Of a stretch of DNA of 64,000 nucleotides, positions 25,134-34,594 are shown piece by piece. Source of the DNA: Macrostomum lignano. Its lineage: Eukaryota. Position 1 is the stretch's first letter, and each line of letters opens with the position of its first letter. Under the pieces are notes generated by a model. The model was not told where the DNA came from. It made no database searches and saw nothing but the letters and a program-made list of their open reading frames with translations. The stretch spans positions 186,001 to 250,000 of the forward strand of contig NIVC01000197.1 of NCBI GenBank assembly GCA_002269645.1, in the 5' to 3' direction. The translations under genes were made by a program, and so were the position numbers.

Positions 25134-25204
25134 GGATGGCGAGGCGCTAACGCTTCCGGCTCTCGCGCCAAGGTCCCTGAGTTCGATTCCGTCTGCCGAA
25201 AGTG
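25134..25204 (+). mobile_element. tRNA-like SINE head preceding the 33-bp array
   Basis: ggatggcgaggcgctaacgc (A-box-like) and gagttcgattcc (B-box-like). Confidence 0.5.
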
Positions 25205-26002
25205 GGGCAGTAGATAACCGGATGTGAGCCGGAAGTGGGACAGTAGATAATCGGATGTGAGCCGGAAGTGGGACAGTAGATAATCGGATGTGAGCTGGAA
25301 TGGGAGAGTAGATAACCGGATGTGAGCCGGAAGTGGAACAGTGGATATCCGGATGTGAGCCGGAAGTGGGACAGTAGATAACCGGATGTGAGCCGGAAGT
25401 GGAGCAGTAGATAACCGGACGTGAGCCGGAAGTGGGACAGTAGATAATCGGATGTGAGCCGGAAGTGGAGCAGTAGATAACCGGACGTGAGCCGGAAGTG
25501 GGACAGTAGATAACCGGATGTGAGCCGGAAGTGGAACAGTAGATAACCGGACGTGAGCCGGAAGTGGGACAGTAGATAACCGGATGTGAGCCGGAAGTGG
25601 GGCGGTAATGTTGATAACCGGACGTGAGCCGAAAGTAAAACAGTGATTAACCGGATGTGAGCCGGAAGTTGAGCATTGGTTAACCGGATGTGAGCCGGAA
25701 GTTGAGCAGTAGGTAACCGGATGTGAGCCGGAAGTGGGACAGTAGATAACCGGATGTGAGCCGGAAGTGGGGCGGTAATGTTGATAACCGGACGTGAGCC
25801 GAAAGTAAAACAGTGATTAACCGGATGTGAGCCGGAAGTTGAGCATTGGTTAACCGGATGTGAGCCGGAAGTTGAGCAGTAGGTAACCGGATGTGAGCCG
25901 GAAGTGGAACAGTGGATATCCGGATGTGAGCTGGAAGTGAAGCAGTGGTTAACCGGATATGTGAGCCGGAAGTGGGGCGGTAATGTAGATAACCGGATGT
26001 GC
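25205..26002. repeat. 33-bp minisatellite (cagtagataaccggatgtgagccggaagtggga), about 24 copies
   Basis: Direct reading; 170-bp higher-order duplication at 25601 and 25771. Confidence 0.95.
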
Positions 26003-26032
26003 TCAGACTCCGCACCCGCCGGTCTCCCGCAG

Positions 26033-27049
26033 TACGAGCCCAACCAGTACGAGCCGAGTCCCTACATCGACTTCACAAACTACATCAAGAGCAAAGAGTG
26101 GATCACGGACGGTCAGGAAGATTTCGAAATTCGGCCATCGCTTCGCCGGCGCCAGGTCCGCTCGAAGATGCGCTGCACTCGAGTGAAATTCCAGGACGAG
26201 AACGGGCACGAGTACAGCCGCACGTACCAGCGCCTGGTCTACAAGATCCGCATTAGGCGGAACCCGGCCTTCTACCTGTCAATCCTGGTGCTGCCCTGCC
26301 TGCTGCTGTCTTGCCTCACCTGGGTGATCTTTTGGCTGCCGCCAGAGTCGCCGGCCAAGATGCAGCTTGGCATGAACATCTTCGTGGCTTTCTTCATCCT
26401 GATGCTGCTGCTGGCCAAGACTACGCCGAGCGCGGTGCGCAACTTCCCCTACATCGGCTATTTCTACGGGCTCAACATGGTGCTGATCACGCTGAGCACC
26501 TTTCTGGCGGCCATCGTGCTCAATCTGTACATGCGGGCCGACAGCCGGGGCCCGATGCATCCGGCGCTGCGCCGTGGCATCGTTGACGGCCTCGGCAGGC
26601 TGCTGCTGGTACGCCAAGCCGTCCCGCTTCAGGAGCCATCGTCGGAGTCGAAGCCGGACCCGGCCGCGCCGGATGAGCGGCGCCGTCAGCAGCAGCCGGA
26701 GACGGCGGCAGCTGCGCAAAAGTTGCAGCAGAAGTCACCGATGTCCAATTTCGACGGCGCGGTGGCAGCAGTCTCCGGCGGCCAAGTGGAGCGGGACGTC
26801 CGCGAGATCCGGCAGCTGTTCCAAGTCTACGTCGGCCGGCTGAAGGACCGCGAGAGGCGCTGCCAGGCAGCCATGGAGTGGCGCACTCTGGCCATTGTGC
26901 TGGACAGGCTGTTCTTCACGGCCTACGTCATCTGCATCCTGGTGGCCATCATTATCTGCCTGCCGCGGCCGGACACCGAGATCACGGAAATTGACAGCGT
27001 TGGCGCACCAGAGACAGACAGTTGCCAGCACATGAGCGCAGCCTACTGA
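26033..27049 (+). CDS. Nicotinic acetylcholine receptor-like subunit exon 2 (end of ECD, M1-M4)
   Basis: Acceptor ctcccgcag, phase 0; IRRNPAFY, FWLPPESPAKMQLG, EWRTLAIVLDRLF; no vicinal CC (non-alpha); about 550 aa total; exact acceptor (26033 vs 26048) uncertain. Confidence 0.9.
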   Translation, partial: YEPNQYEPSPYIDFTNYIKSKEWITDGQEDFEIRPSLRRRQVRSKMRCTRVKFQDENGHEYSRTYQRLVYKIRIRRNPAFYLSILVLPCLLLSCLTWVIFWLPPESPAKMQLGMNIFVAFFILMLLLAKTTPSAVRNFPYIGYFYGLNMVLITLSTFLAAIVLNLYMRADSRGPMHPALRRGIVDGLGRLLLVRQAVPLQEPSSESKPDPAAPDERRRQQQPETAAAAQKLQQKSPMSNFDGAVAAVSGGQVERDVREIRQLFQVYVGRLKDRERRCQAAMEWRTLAIVLDRLFFTAYVICILVAIIICLPRPDTEITEIDSVGAPETDSCQHMSAAY

Positions 27050-27082
27050 GGCAGACGAGAGACACAAATTGCGGATCTGGAC

Positions 27083-27905
27083 TACTTACTAAAATAACTA
27101 AGATGAGCCACTCAGGCACATATACTGAGTAAAACAGCTTTCTACTTTCAGTTCAGTAGCAAAGAAGAATACACAAGCTATTTTATAAAGTCAGCTGAAA
27201 TGACTTTGATAAGTTTAGAAGCCCAAGCTTGCAGACGTAAACAGCTTGCTAATTGGTTCAGCAATAATGTACATTAGCCAGTCCACTGAAATGTACATGG
27301 CAGCTTTAGGCTGGAATTCCAAGAAAGGTAATAAAATTGGGGCGGGGAGTAGTGTGGAAAAGCGCTGGTTGGAGGGTTTAAGCTGCGGGTAAGAGCCAAT
27401 AAATGAGCATTGGCTTTAAAATACTTTAAAATGCTTCTGTTTAACTTACTACTGAACTAAAGTAGCTTACAGGGGGGTCGTAGCCCAGCGGTAGCGCAGC
27501 TGCTCTGGTGTGCCAGCGACCCAGGCTCGATTCCAAGTGCAGTCCCCAGGTCCCCAAGTGCAGGCCCCATTAATTTGGGGCTGAATTGGAATCTCGGCTT
27601 GGCTCTGCTCGTGCAATTAACGGCCTTGAGAGCCAACCCCCCAAGGCGCAGTGAAGTGTACATGCCTAACGATAATATAAAGATAGGGCCGCTGTACACT
27701 CCTGTGTGAGTGTGTGCCTGCGTACGTATCCGCGCGCTTGTATGCCTGCTCAGGGGAGTCGGCGGAATGGGCAGTAATGCCTCTCGCCGGTAGTGTGCCT
27801 ATGTCGCTTAAAGTGCGCCAGGGTGCACACAACCCCCCTGCCTCTAATAAAGTAGCTTACATGCAAATGTGCTGAGTTAGTGCTGAGTCTAGTTAACCAT
27901 CTGTG
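27083..27905. mobile_element. P-like MITE copy in reverse orientation, interrupted by a SINE
   Basis: Reverse complement of 8517-8976 from 27083 to 27471, resuming at 27862. Confidence 0.8.
27472..27847 (+). mobile_element. Full-length tRNA-derived SINE with 14-bp TSD
   Basis: A box tagcccagcgg, B box ggctcgattcc; taaagtagcttaca at 27458-27471 and 27848-27861. Confidence 0.9.
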
Positions 27906-27934
27906 GCTCATCTGGACCGTCAGGTACTGCAATA

Positions 27935-28315
27935 ACTTGATAGGCCCCTCAGCTCTGCTGCCTTCAATTCAATAGAAAGTTAAACAGAAGCATTTTGATG
28001 TATTTTATACGAGGAGAACAGTTAAGACTAGGGCAAGCCTTACCCTGGTCCCCTAGCGGAACCCCTCCGACCGCGTCTTTCAATAACACAAGCTACACAA
28101 TCTCCAACCCCACCCCGCCGCCGCACAATTTCGGTGGCGCTGGCTAATGTACATTCGGCTGCACCAATAGCAAGTTGTTTACGTCTAATAGTCACTTCAG
28201 CTGCCTCTGCATTTTATAAAGTAGCTTACGCACGCTTCCTTGCTACTGAACTGGGAGTAGAGATATTGAAAATGCATTAGTGGCAAATCTAGTTACATGT
28301 ACTATAGTAGTATCT
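27935..28315. mobile_element. Diverged relative of the P-like MITE family
   Basis: Shares gttaaacagaagcatttt, ctggctaatgtacatt, ttgctactgaactg blocks in the same order. Confidence 0.6.
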
Positions 28316-28499
28316 TTAGTCTGGAAATGTTGTCCGCTAAAAGTACATAATTTCATAACTGTGCGGTTCCTTTTTTTAACTGATTTAATTTGTAACGCGA
28401 CCTACATTTACTTACACATAGCATCACTTTAGGCTCATGTAAATACTGTAGCAGCTAACCACCCTAACCACCCAGGTAAAGCATCATTGGTTGGTGATT

Positions 28500-28850
28500 C
28501 AAGCGGTCATTGTGGTTGGATCGGTTGTTGATAGGTCAGGCTCTATTCAAAGTGCAGGCAAATTAATTTGGGTCTAAATTGGAATGTCGGCTTGGCTCTG
28601 CTCGTGCAATTAACGCCCTTGAGAGCCAACCGCACAAGGCACAGTGAAGTGTACATGCCTAACGATAAATAAAGTTAGGGCCGCTGTACACCTGTGAGTG
28701 TGTGCCTGTGCGTATGACTGCGTACGTATCCGCGCGCTTGTGTGCCTGCCCAGGGGAGTCAGCCGAATGGGCAATGCCTCTCACTGGTTGTGTGACAATG
28801 TCGCTTAAAGTGCGCCAGGGGGTGCGCACACAGCCTCCTGACTCTGACTA
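28500..28850 (+). mobile_element. tRNA-derived SINE, second near-full copy with decayed head
   Basis: Body colinear with 27557-27845. Confidence 0.8.
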
Positions 28851-30169
28851 AAAACTAAATCGGTTGGTGATTTAGGATACCTAGCAACGAATGACGGCAC
28901 TTTTGCATGTGCTCTCGTGTTACTGAGCCTCAATCAATAGATGTCAACAGCCTCAAAAGATTTGAATATCAAAGATGAACCTTGTCTGCTTCCTATCAAA
29001 AGCAATAGCAATCATTACTGTGCTAAAAATGAGAACCTCTAATCTCCGTAGTGTATTTTTTCGGTAAAACATGCCTCTTAAACTGTTTCCAGGAAACTTT
29101 CCCGTCCTACTACAGCGGCGTAGCCATATCTAATAAATTAGTAGTACATTTATTTAACTACCCTGCACTCGAACAGACTACTTGTAGTACTGCATTCAGT
29201 AGTCTGTATGTAAACATGCAAGTTTTTTTCACTCAAAAATTAGCAATATTCTACTTTGTGCGCTATTAATTTCCCAAGTAAGATTCTTCACTTGCTTTCG
29301 CGTTCCAACTATTTTTTGCAAAACAAATAGAAGAATCGAGGAACAGATTGATGATTTACTACTGAGATTGATGGCCTACTCTGTTCAAAATGCAGCGTGG
29401 CATGCTTTCACGCGATTGATTGATTGATCGATCCCGTTCCGACGTGCCTAAAGAGGGAGAAAATGCAAAAAGCACAAAACCTAAATATGATATTTTGTTT
29501 TATTTTATCGAAACACGAAAAACTGTATGCGCAAATTATATTTTATACTTAGTAGTAAAATATTAAAACTTTAGTAACGTGTGCAAATTGCTGAAATACT
29601 GTACTACTAACAATAGCGAGCCTGATAAGTAGTATATATGTATATAGAAAGGTACAGCAGCAATTATTGACAAGCTATAAAACACAAGACGGAGGGGGCG
29701 GAGCGGCTGCATATGTATTTGGGGAGTAATTAGTAAATAATATAGCATTACTAAAGATGGAAGCCGTACGGTACAGTGGTTTTCAAAGCCGATTAAAAAC
29801 ACAAAAAATAAGTGCCAGCATTACCAAGGTACGGGTGTCAGTGCACACAGTGCGTGCTGCCCGCTCCTTGCGTAGACGCTCAAACAGCACGCAAATGCAA
29901 AATAATAGCGGCAAACAACAAATTTAGACAACACCACTTGGGGTAATGACCGGTAATTGCTACTTGCTAGTAGTATAAGGACAAAAATGATGACAACAAT
30001 GTCAGTTTAGAAAGCAAGCAAAGCGATGTTTTCGCTAATTAAATTAAAAAATGAGAAACAAAAAGCAATCCCTCAGTTTGCCTTGCAACTCCTTCGTTGA
30101 CCTGGTCAGGCCAACTTATCTGATTTCATTCGATTTATATTATCAGACCGGTAACTTTCGATTCTTTAG

Positions 30170-30645
30170 TGCAACTTCCGGTATTTATAGTGGAATTTCC
30201 GGTTATACCATACAAGTTCCGGTATTTTATAGTACCACGTCCGGTTCACTTCTACAACTTCCAGTATTTTATAGTGCCACTTCCGGTTCACTTCTACAAC
30301 TTTCAGTATCTTAGAGTACCACTTCCGGTTCACTTCTACAACTTCCAGTATCTTAGAGTACCACTTCCGGTTCACTTCTACAACTTCCAGTATCTTAGAG
30401 TACCACTTCCGGTATTTTATAGTGCCACCACGGTTTTTACATATACAACGTCCGGTATTTTATAGTGCCACTTCCGGTTCACTTCTACAACTTCCAGTAT
30501 TTTATAGTGCCACTTCCGGTTCACTTCTACAACTTCCGGTATTTTATAGTGTCACTTCCGGTTCACTTCTACAACTTCTGGTATTTTATAGTGCCACTTC
30601 CGGTTCACTAATACAACTTCCGGTATTTTATAGTACCACTTACGG
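30170..30645. repeat. 42-bp minisatellite (cacttccggttcacttctacaacttccagtattttatagtgc) downstream of the KDM2 stop
   Basis: Direct reading; 14-aa periodic ORFs. Confidence 0.9.
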
Positions 30646-30831
30646 TCGTTTAATAACGAGAAATTTAGTGCAAAACGATCTAAGGATGCGAATTCGCTTC
30701 GTTAGGGGAAAAAGCTAAGCCCAGCATGCTGTGCAGTGAAAAGCGAGGACTGCAATCAATGATCGAACAAGTGCGCTCGCCTCCAGCTAAGCGGCTTCCA
30801 TTTATAAAAAGCAGAGTCTGCGATCAATTTG

Positions 30832-31980
30832 TTACGCGTAGAAGTCCGGATCGTCCGAGTCGTCCTCGTCGCTGCCGAACGCCGCCCTGGCCTTGGCGGT
30901 GCGTCGGCGCTTCCTAGCCGGACGGCCGCGAGCGCCGGCGCTGGCCCGATGATTAGGCGCGGCGGCGACGGTCGCGGTGCCAGCGGCGGAGGTAGTTATC
31001 TTAATAATCACTGGCTTGACTTCAGCTGATGTCGAAGCGGAAGACGTCGCCGCCGCTGTCGACGTAGCGCCGTCGCCAACTATAATGGACGGCTCGTCGG
31101 CGCCGTTGTCGCTATCGTAGCCAGCCGAGGCAGCGGCGCCAACCATTGCAGTTTTGTTCTCCTTACCGGCTCGGCCGCCAGCCTGTCCAGTTTCCACCTG
31201 TTCGCTCTCCAGCTTCAGCAGCATCTTGAGACCTTTGGAGATGCGCGGATGCAGCTGGTCGGCTTTGCCAGCGTGGTGGCACACCGGGCAGCACCAGTAG
31301 TTGGGCATCTGGTCGGAGCGGAGGTCGGCAGTGACGAAGGCCGGATCGAAGTCGGCCGTCTCCAGCTGGCGCACGCAGTCGGGGTGCAGCAGGCGCCAGC
31401 AGACGCCGCACTCGAACAGGTCCAGATCGGGGTCATAGTTGTCTTCTTCTTTTTCAACTTCGTTGAATTTGCGCGCGTCCCGGCAGAGGAAGCAGGCGGC
31501 CTTGGCTGGCAGGCTGCAGGCGATGCACTGCTTCTGAATGCAGCACTGCTTGAGTATGCCGTGGCCGCCGTACTTCACCATGTCGGCGCAGAACACGCAC
31601 TCGCGGCAGTCCTGCCTGCGGCACGGCTCGCACAGGCGGCAGCGGACTCGCCTGTGAATGAATTTGTCAGCTGGCAGCTTGCTGGGACGGGCGGCGCCGC
31701 CCGATTTTCGGCCGCGACCACCGGCGCTGGCGCCGCCGCGCAGCTGCCTGACGTGCCCGGCGGCCTCCTTGAGCATGCCGGCTGGCCAGCGGATCACCGG
31801 GGCGCCCGTGCAGGCCGCGTCGGGCGTGTCGGCAGCGTGCTCCTGTAGCAGCTCTTGAATGTCGTCTAGCAGGCGATCGGGTTCGGGCAGGTCGGCCGGC
31901 ACCTCCCTGCGGTTTGGGGGCAGCGGCCTGAGCCACTGGAGCAGCAGGCGGAGGCCCTGCAGCTCTGCCTGGGTCAGCGC
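30832..31980 (-). CDS. KDM2: KDM2 histone demethylase exon 3 (post-JmjC helices, CXXC, PHD, low-complexity tail)
   Basis: Acceptor ccgcag; ALTQAELQGL; CRLCEPC..CRECVFCADMVKYGG..KQCCIQKQC; PHD LFECGVCWRLLHPDC..WCCPVC; TAA at 30832. Confidence 0.9.
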   Translation of the reverse strand, partial: ALTQAELQGLRLLLQWLRPLPPNRREVPADLPEPDRLLDDIQELLQEHAADTPDAACTGAPVIRWPAGMLKEAAGHVRQLRGGASAGGRGRKSGGAARPSKLPADKFIHRRVRCRLCEPCRRQDCRECVFCADMVKYGGHGILKQCCIQKQCIACSLPAKAACFLCRDARKFNEVEKEEDNYDPDLDLFECGVCWRLLHPDCVRQLETADFDPAFVTADLRSDQMPNYWCCPVCHHAGKADQLHPRISKGLKMLLKLESEQVETGQAGGRAGKENKTAMVGAAASAGYDSDNGADEPSIIVGDGATSTAAATSSASTSAEVKPVIIKITTSAAGTATVAAAPNHRASAGARGRPARKRRRTAKARAAFGSDEDDSDDPDFYA

Positions 31981-32089
31981 CTGCGGATTAATTAGATGGG
32001 GAATAAGCCCCGGCTCCAGCTGATCCCAAATTCTAGCCTAGTTCCCTGCTGTGACTAATTTGGAAATTGCTGCAATGATGAAATCGGTG

Positions 32090-33950
32090 CTTCAGTGGCC
32101 GCCTCTGACCAGCCACCAGACATTCAGTGGCTGCAGCTGACCAGCCACCGGAGCTTCAGTGGCCGCAGCTGACAAGCCACCGGAGCTTCAGTGGCCGCAG
32201 CTGACCAGCCACCGGACATTCAGTGGCCGCAGCTGACCAGCCACCGGACATTCAGTGGCTGCAGCTGACCAGCCACCGGAGCTTCAGTGGCCGCAGCTGA
32301 CAAGCCACCGGAGCTTCAGTGGCCGCAGCTGACCAGCCACCGGAGCTTCAGTGGCCGCAGCTGACCAGCCACCGGAGCTTCAGTGGCCGCAGCTGACCAG
32401 CCATTGGAGCTTCAGTGGCCGCAGCTGACCAGCCACCAGAGCTTCAGTGGCCGCAGCTGACCAGCCACCGGACATTCAGTGGCCGCAGCTAACCAGCCAT
32501 TGGAGCTTCAGTGGCCGCAGCTGACCAGCCACCGGAGCTTCAGTGGCCGCAGCTGACAAGCCACCGGAGCTTCAGTGGCCGCAGCTGACCAGCCACCGGA
32601 GCTTCAGTGGCCGCAGCTGACAAGCCACCGGAGCTTCAGTGGCCGCAGCTGACAAGCCACCGGAGCTTCAGTGGCCGCAGCTGACAAGCCACCGGAGCTT
32701 CAGTGGCCGCAGCTGACCAGCCACCGGACATTCAGTGGCCGCAGCTGACCAGCCACCGGACATTCAGTGGCTGCAGCTGACCAGCCACCGGAGCTTCAGT
32801 GGCCGCAGCTGACAAGCCACCGGAGCTTCAGTGGCCGCAGCTGACCAGCCACCGGAGCTTCAGTGGCCGCAGCTGACCAGCCACCGGAGCTTCAGTGGCC
32901 GCAGCTGACCAGCCATTGGAGCTTCAGTGGCCGCAGCTGACCAGCCACCAGAGCTTCAGTGGCCGCAGCTGACCAGCCACCGGACATTCAGTGGCCGCAG
33001 CTAACCAGCCATTGGAGCTTCAGTGGCCGCAGCTGACCAGCCACCGGAGCTTCAGTGGCCGCAGCTGACAAGCCACCGGAGCTTCAGTGGCCGCAGCTGA
33101 CAAGCCACCGGAGCTTCAGTGGCCGCAGCTGACAAGCCACCGGAGCTTCAGTGGCCGCAGCTGACCAGCCACCAGAGCTTCAGTGGCCGCAGCTGACCAG
33201 CCACCGGAGCTTCAGTGGCTGCAGCTGACCAGCCACCGGAGCTTCAGTGGCCGCAGCTGACCAGCCACCGGAGCTTCAGTGGCCGCAGCTGACCAGCCAC
33301 TAGAGCTTCAGTGGCCGCAGCTGACCAGCCACCAGAGCTTCAGTGGCCGCAGCTGACCAGCCATCGGACATTCAGTGGCCGCAGCTGACCAGCCACCGGA
33401 CATTCAGTGGCCGCAGCTGACCAGCCACCGGAGCTTCAGTGGCCGCAGCTGACCAGCCACCGGACATTCAGTGGCCGCAGCTGACCAGCCACCAGAGCTT
33501 CAGTGGCCGCAGCTGACCAGCCACCAGAGCTTCAGTGGCCGCAGCTGACCAGCCATCGGACATTCAGTGGCCGCAGCTGACCAGCCACCGGAGCTTCAGT
33601 GGCCGCAGCTGACCAGCCACCGGAGCTTCAGTGGCCGCCTCTGACCAGCCACCGGACATTCAGTGGCTGCAGCTGACCAGCCACCAGAGCTTCAGTGGCC
33701 GCAGCTGACAAGCCACCGGACATTCAGTGGCCGCAGCTGACCAGCCACCGGACATTCAGTGGCCGCAGCTGACCAGCCAGCGGACATTCAGTGGCCGCAG
33801 CTGACCAGCCAGCGGACATTCAGTGGCCGCAGCTGACCAGCCACCAGAGCTTTAGTGGCCGCAGCTGACCAGCCATCGGACATTCAGTGGCCGCAGCTGA
33901 CCAGCCACCGGAGCTTCAGTGGCCGCAGCTGACCAGCCACCGGACCTTCA
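32090..33950. repeat. 32-bp minisatellite (cagtggccgcagctgaccagccaccggagctt), about 58 copies, KDM2 intron 2
   Basis: Direct reading; 512-bp internal duplication. Confidence 0.95.
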
Positions 33951-34155
33951 GTGGCCCGTGTCAGTCAGCCAGTCGCTCATTCAGTGGCCCGTGTCAGTCA
34001 GCCAGTCGCTCATTCAGTGGCCGGTGTCAGTCAGCCAGTCGCTCATTCAGTGGCCCGTGTCAGTCAGCCAGTCGCTCATTCAGTGGCCCGTGTCAGTCAG
34101 CCAGTCGCTCATTCAGTGGCCGGTGTCAGTCAGCCAGTCGCTCATTCAGTGGCCA
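33950..34155. repeat. 33-bp sub-array (cagtggcccgtgtcagtcagccagtcgctcatt), about 6 copies
   Basis: Direct reading; shares ttcagtggcc and cagcca with the 32-mer. Confidence 0.9.
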
Positions 34156-34198
34156 CCTGCCAGCAGGCAATTCCAATCACAGCCAACATTAGTCTCAC

Positions 34199-34561
34199 CT
34201 GGCCGGGCTGATGCGAGTTCTTCAGCTCGGTACCGTACTCAGCCATCCGCTCCGCGTAGGCGGCCAGATCCTCGCCCTCTTCCCTAGGCGGCACAACGTG
34301 CTCCCGGCGCATCAGGCAGCCGGCATAGCGGGCCAACACGTACCAGTGCAGCTGCATGAACAGCGGGAAGCGGAACTGACGTTTCACTCGGGTTTTCTCT
34401 TCCAGCTCCCACACTCGCAGCTGCAGTTTGATGTTCAACGAGTGCAGATAGTTGCCGCCGAATACTAGCGAGTCCTCCGGCGTGTACACTGCGTGCATCC
34501 AGCCCGTGGGGATGAAGAAGGTGTTGCCCGGCTCCAGCTCTACTCGCTGGCACTTCTCCAC
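34199..34561 (-). CDS. KDM2: KDM2 exon 2 (JmjC C-terminal half)
   Basis: Acceptor caacag; FIPTGWMHAVYTPEDSLVFGGNYLHS; donor gtgaga. Confidence 0.92.
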
Positions 34562-34594
34562 CTGTTGGTTAAGTAGTTGAACATTTTGTTGTGA

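Noticed and set aside
27472-27545. Possible tRNA genes (also 20978 and 25134)
   Set aside because: A and B boxes are present but no full cloverleaf is evident; they continue into SINE bodies, one with a TSD.
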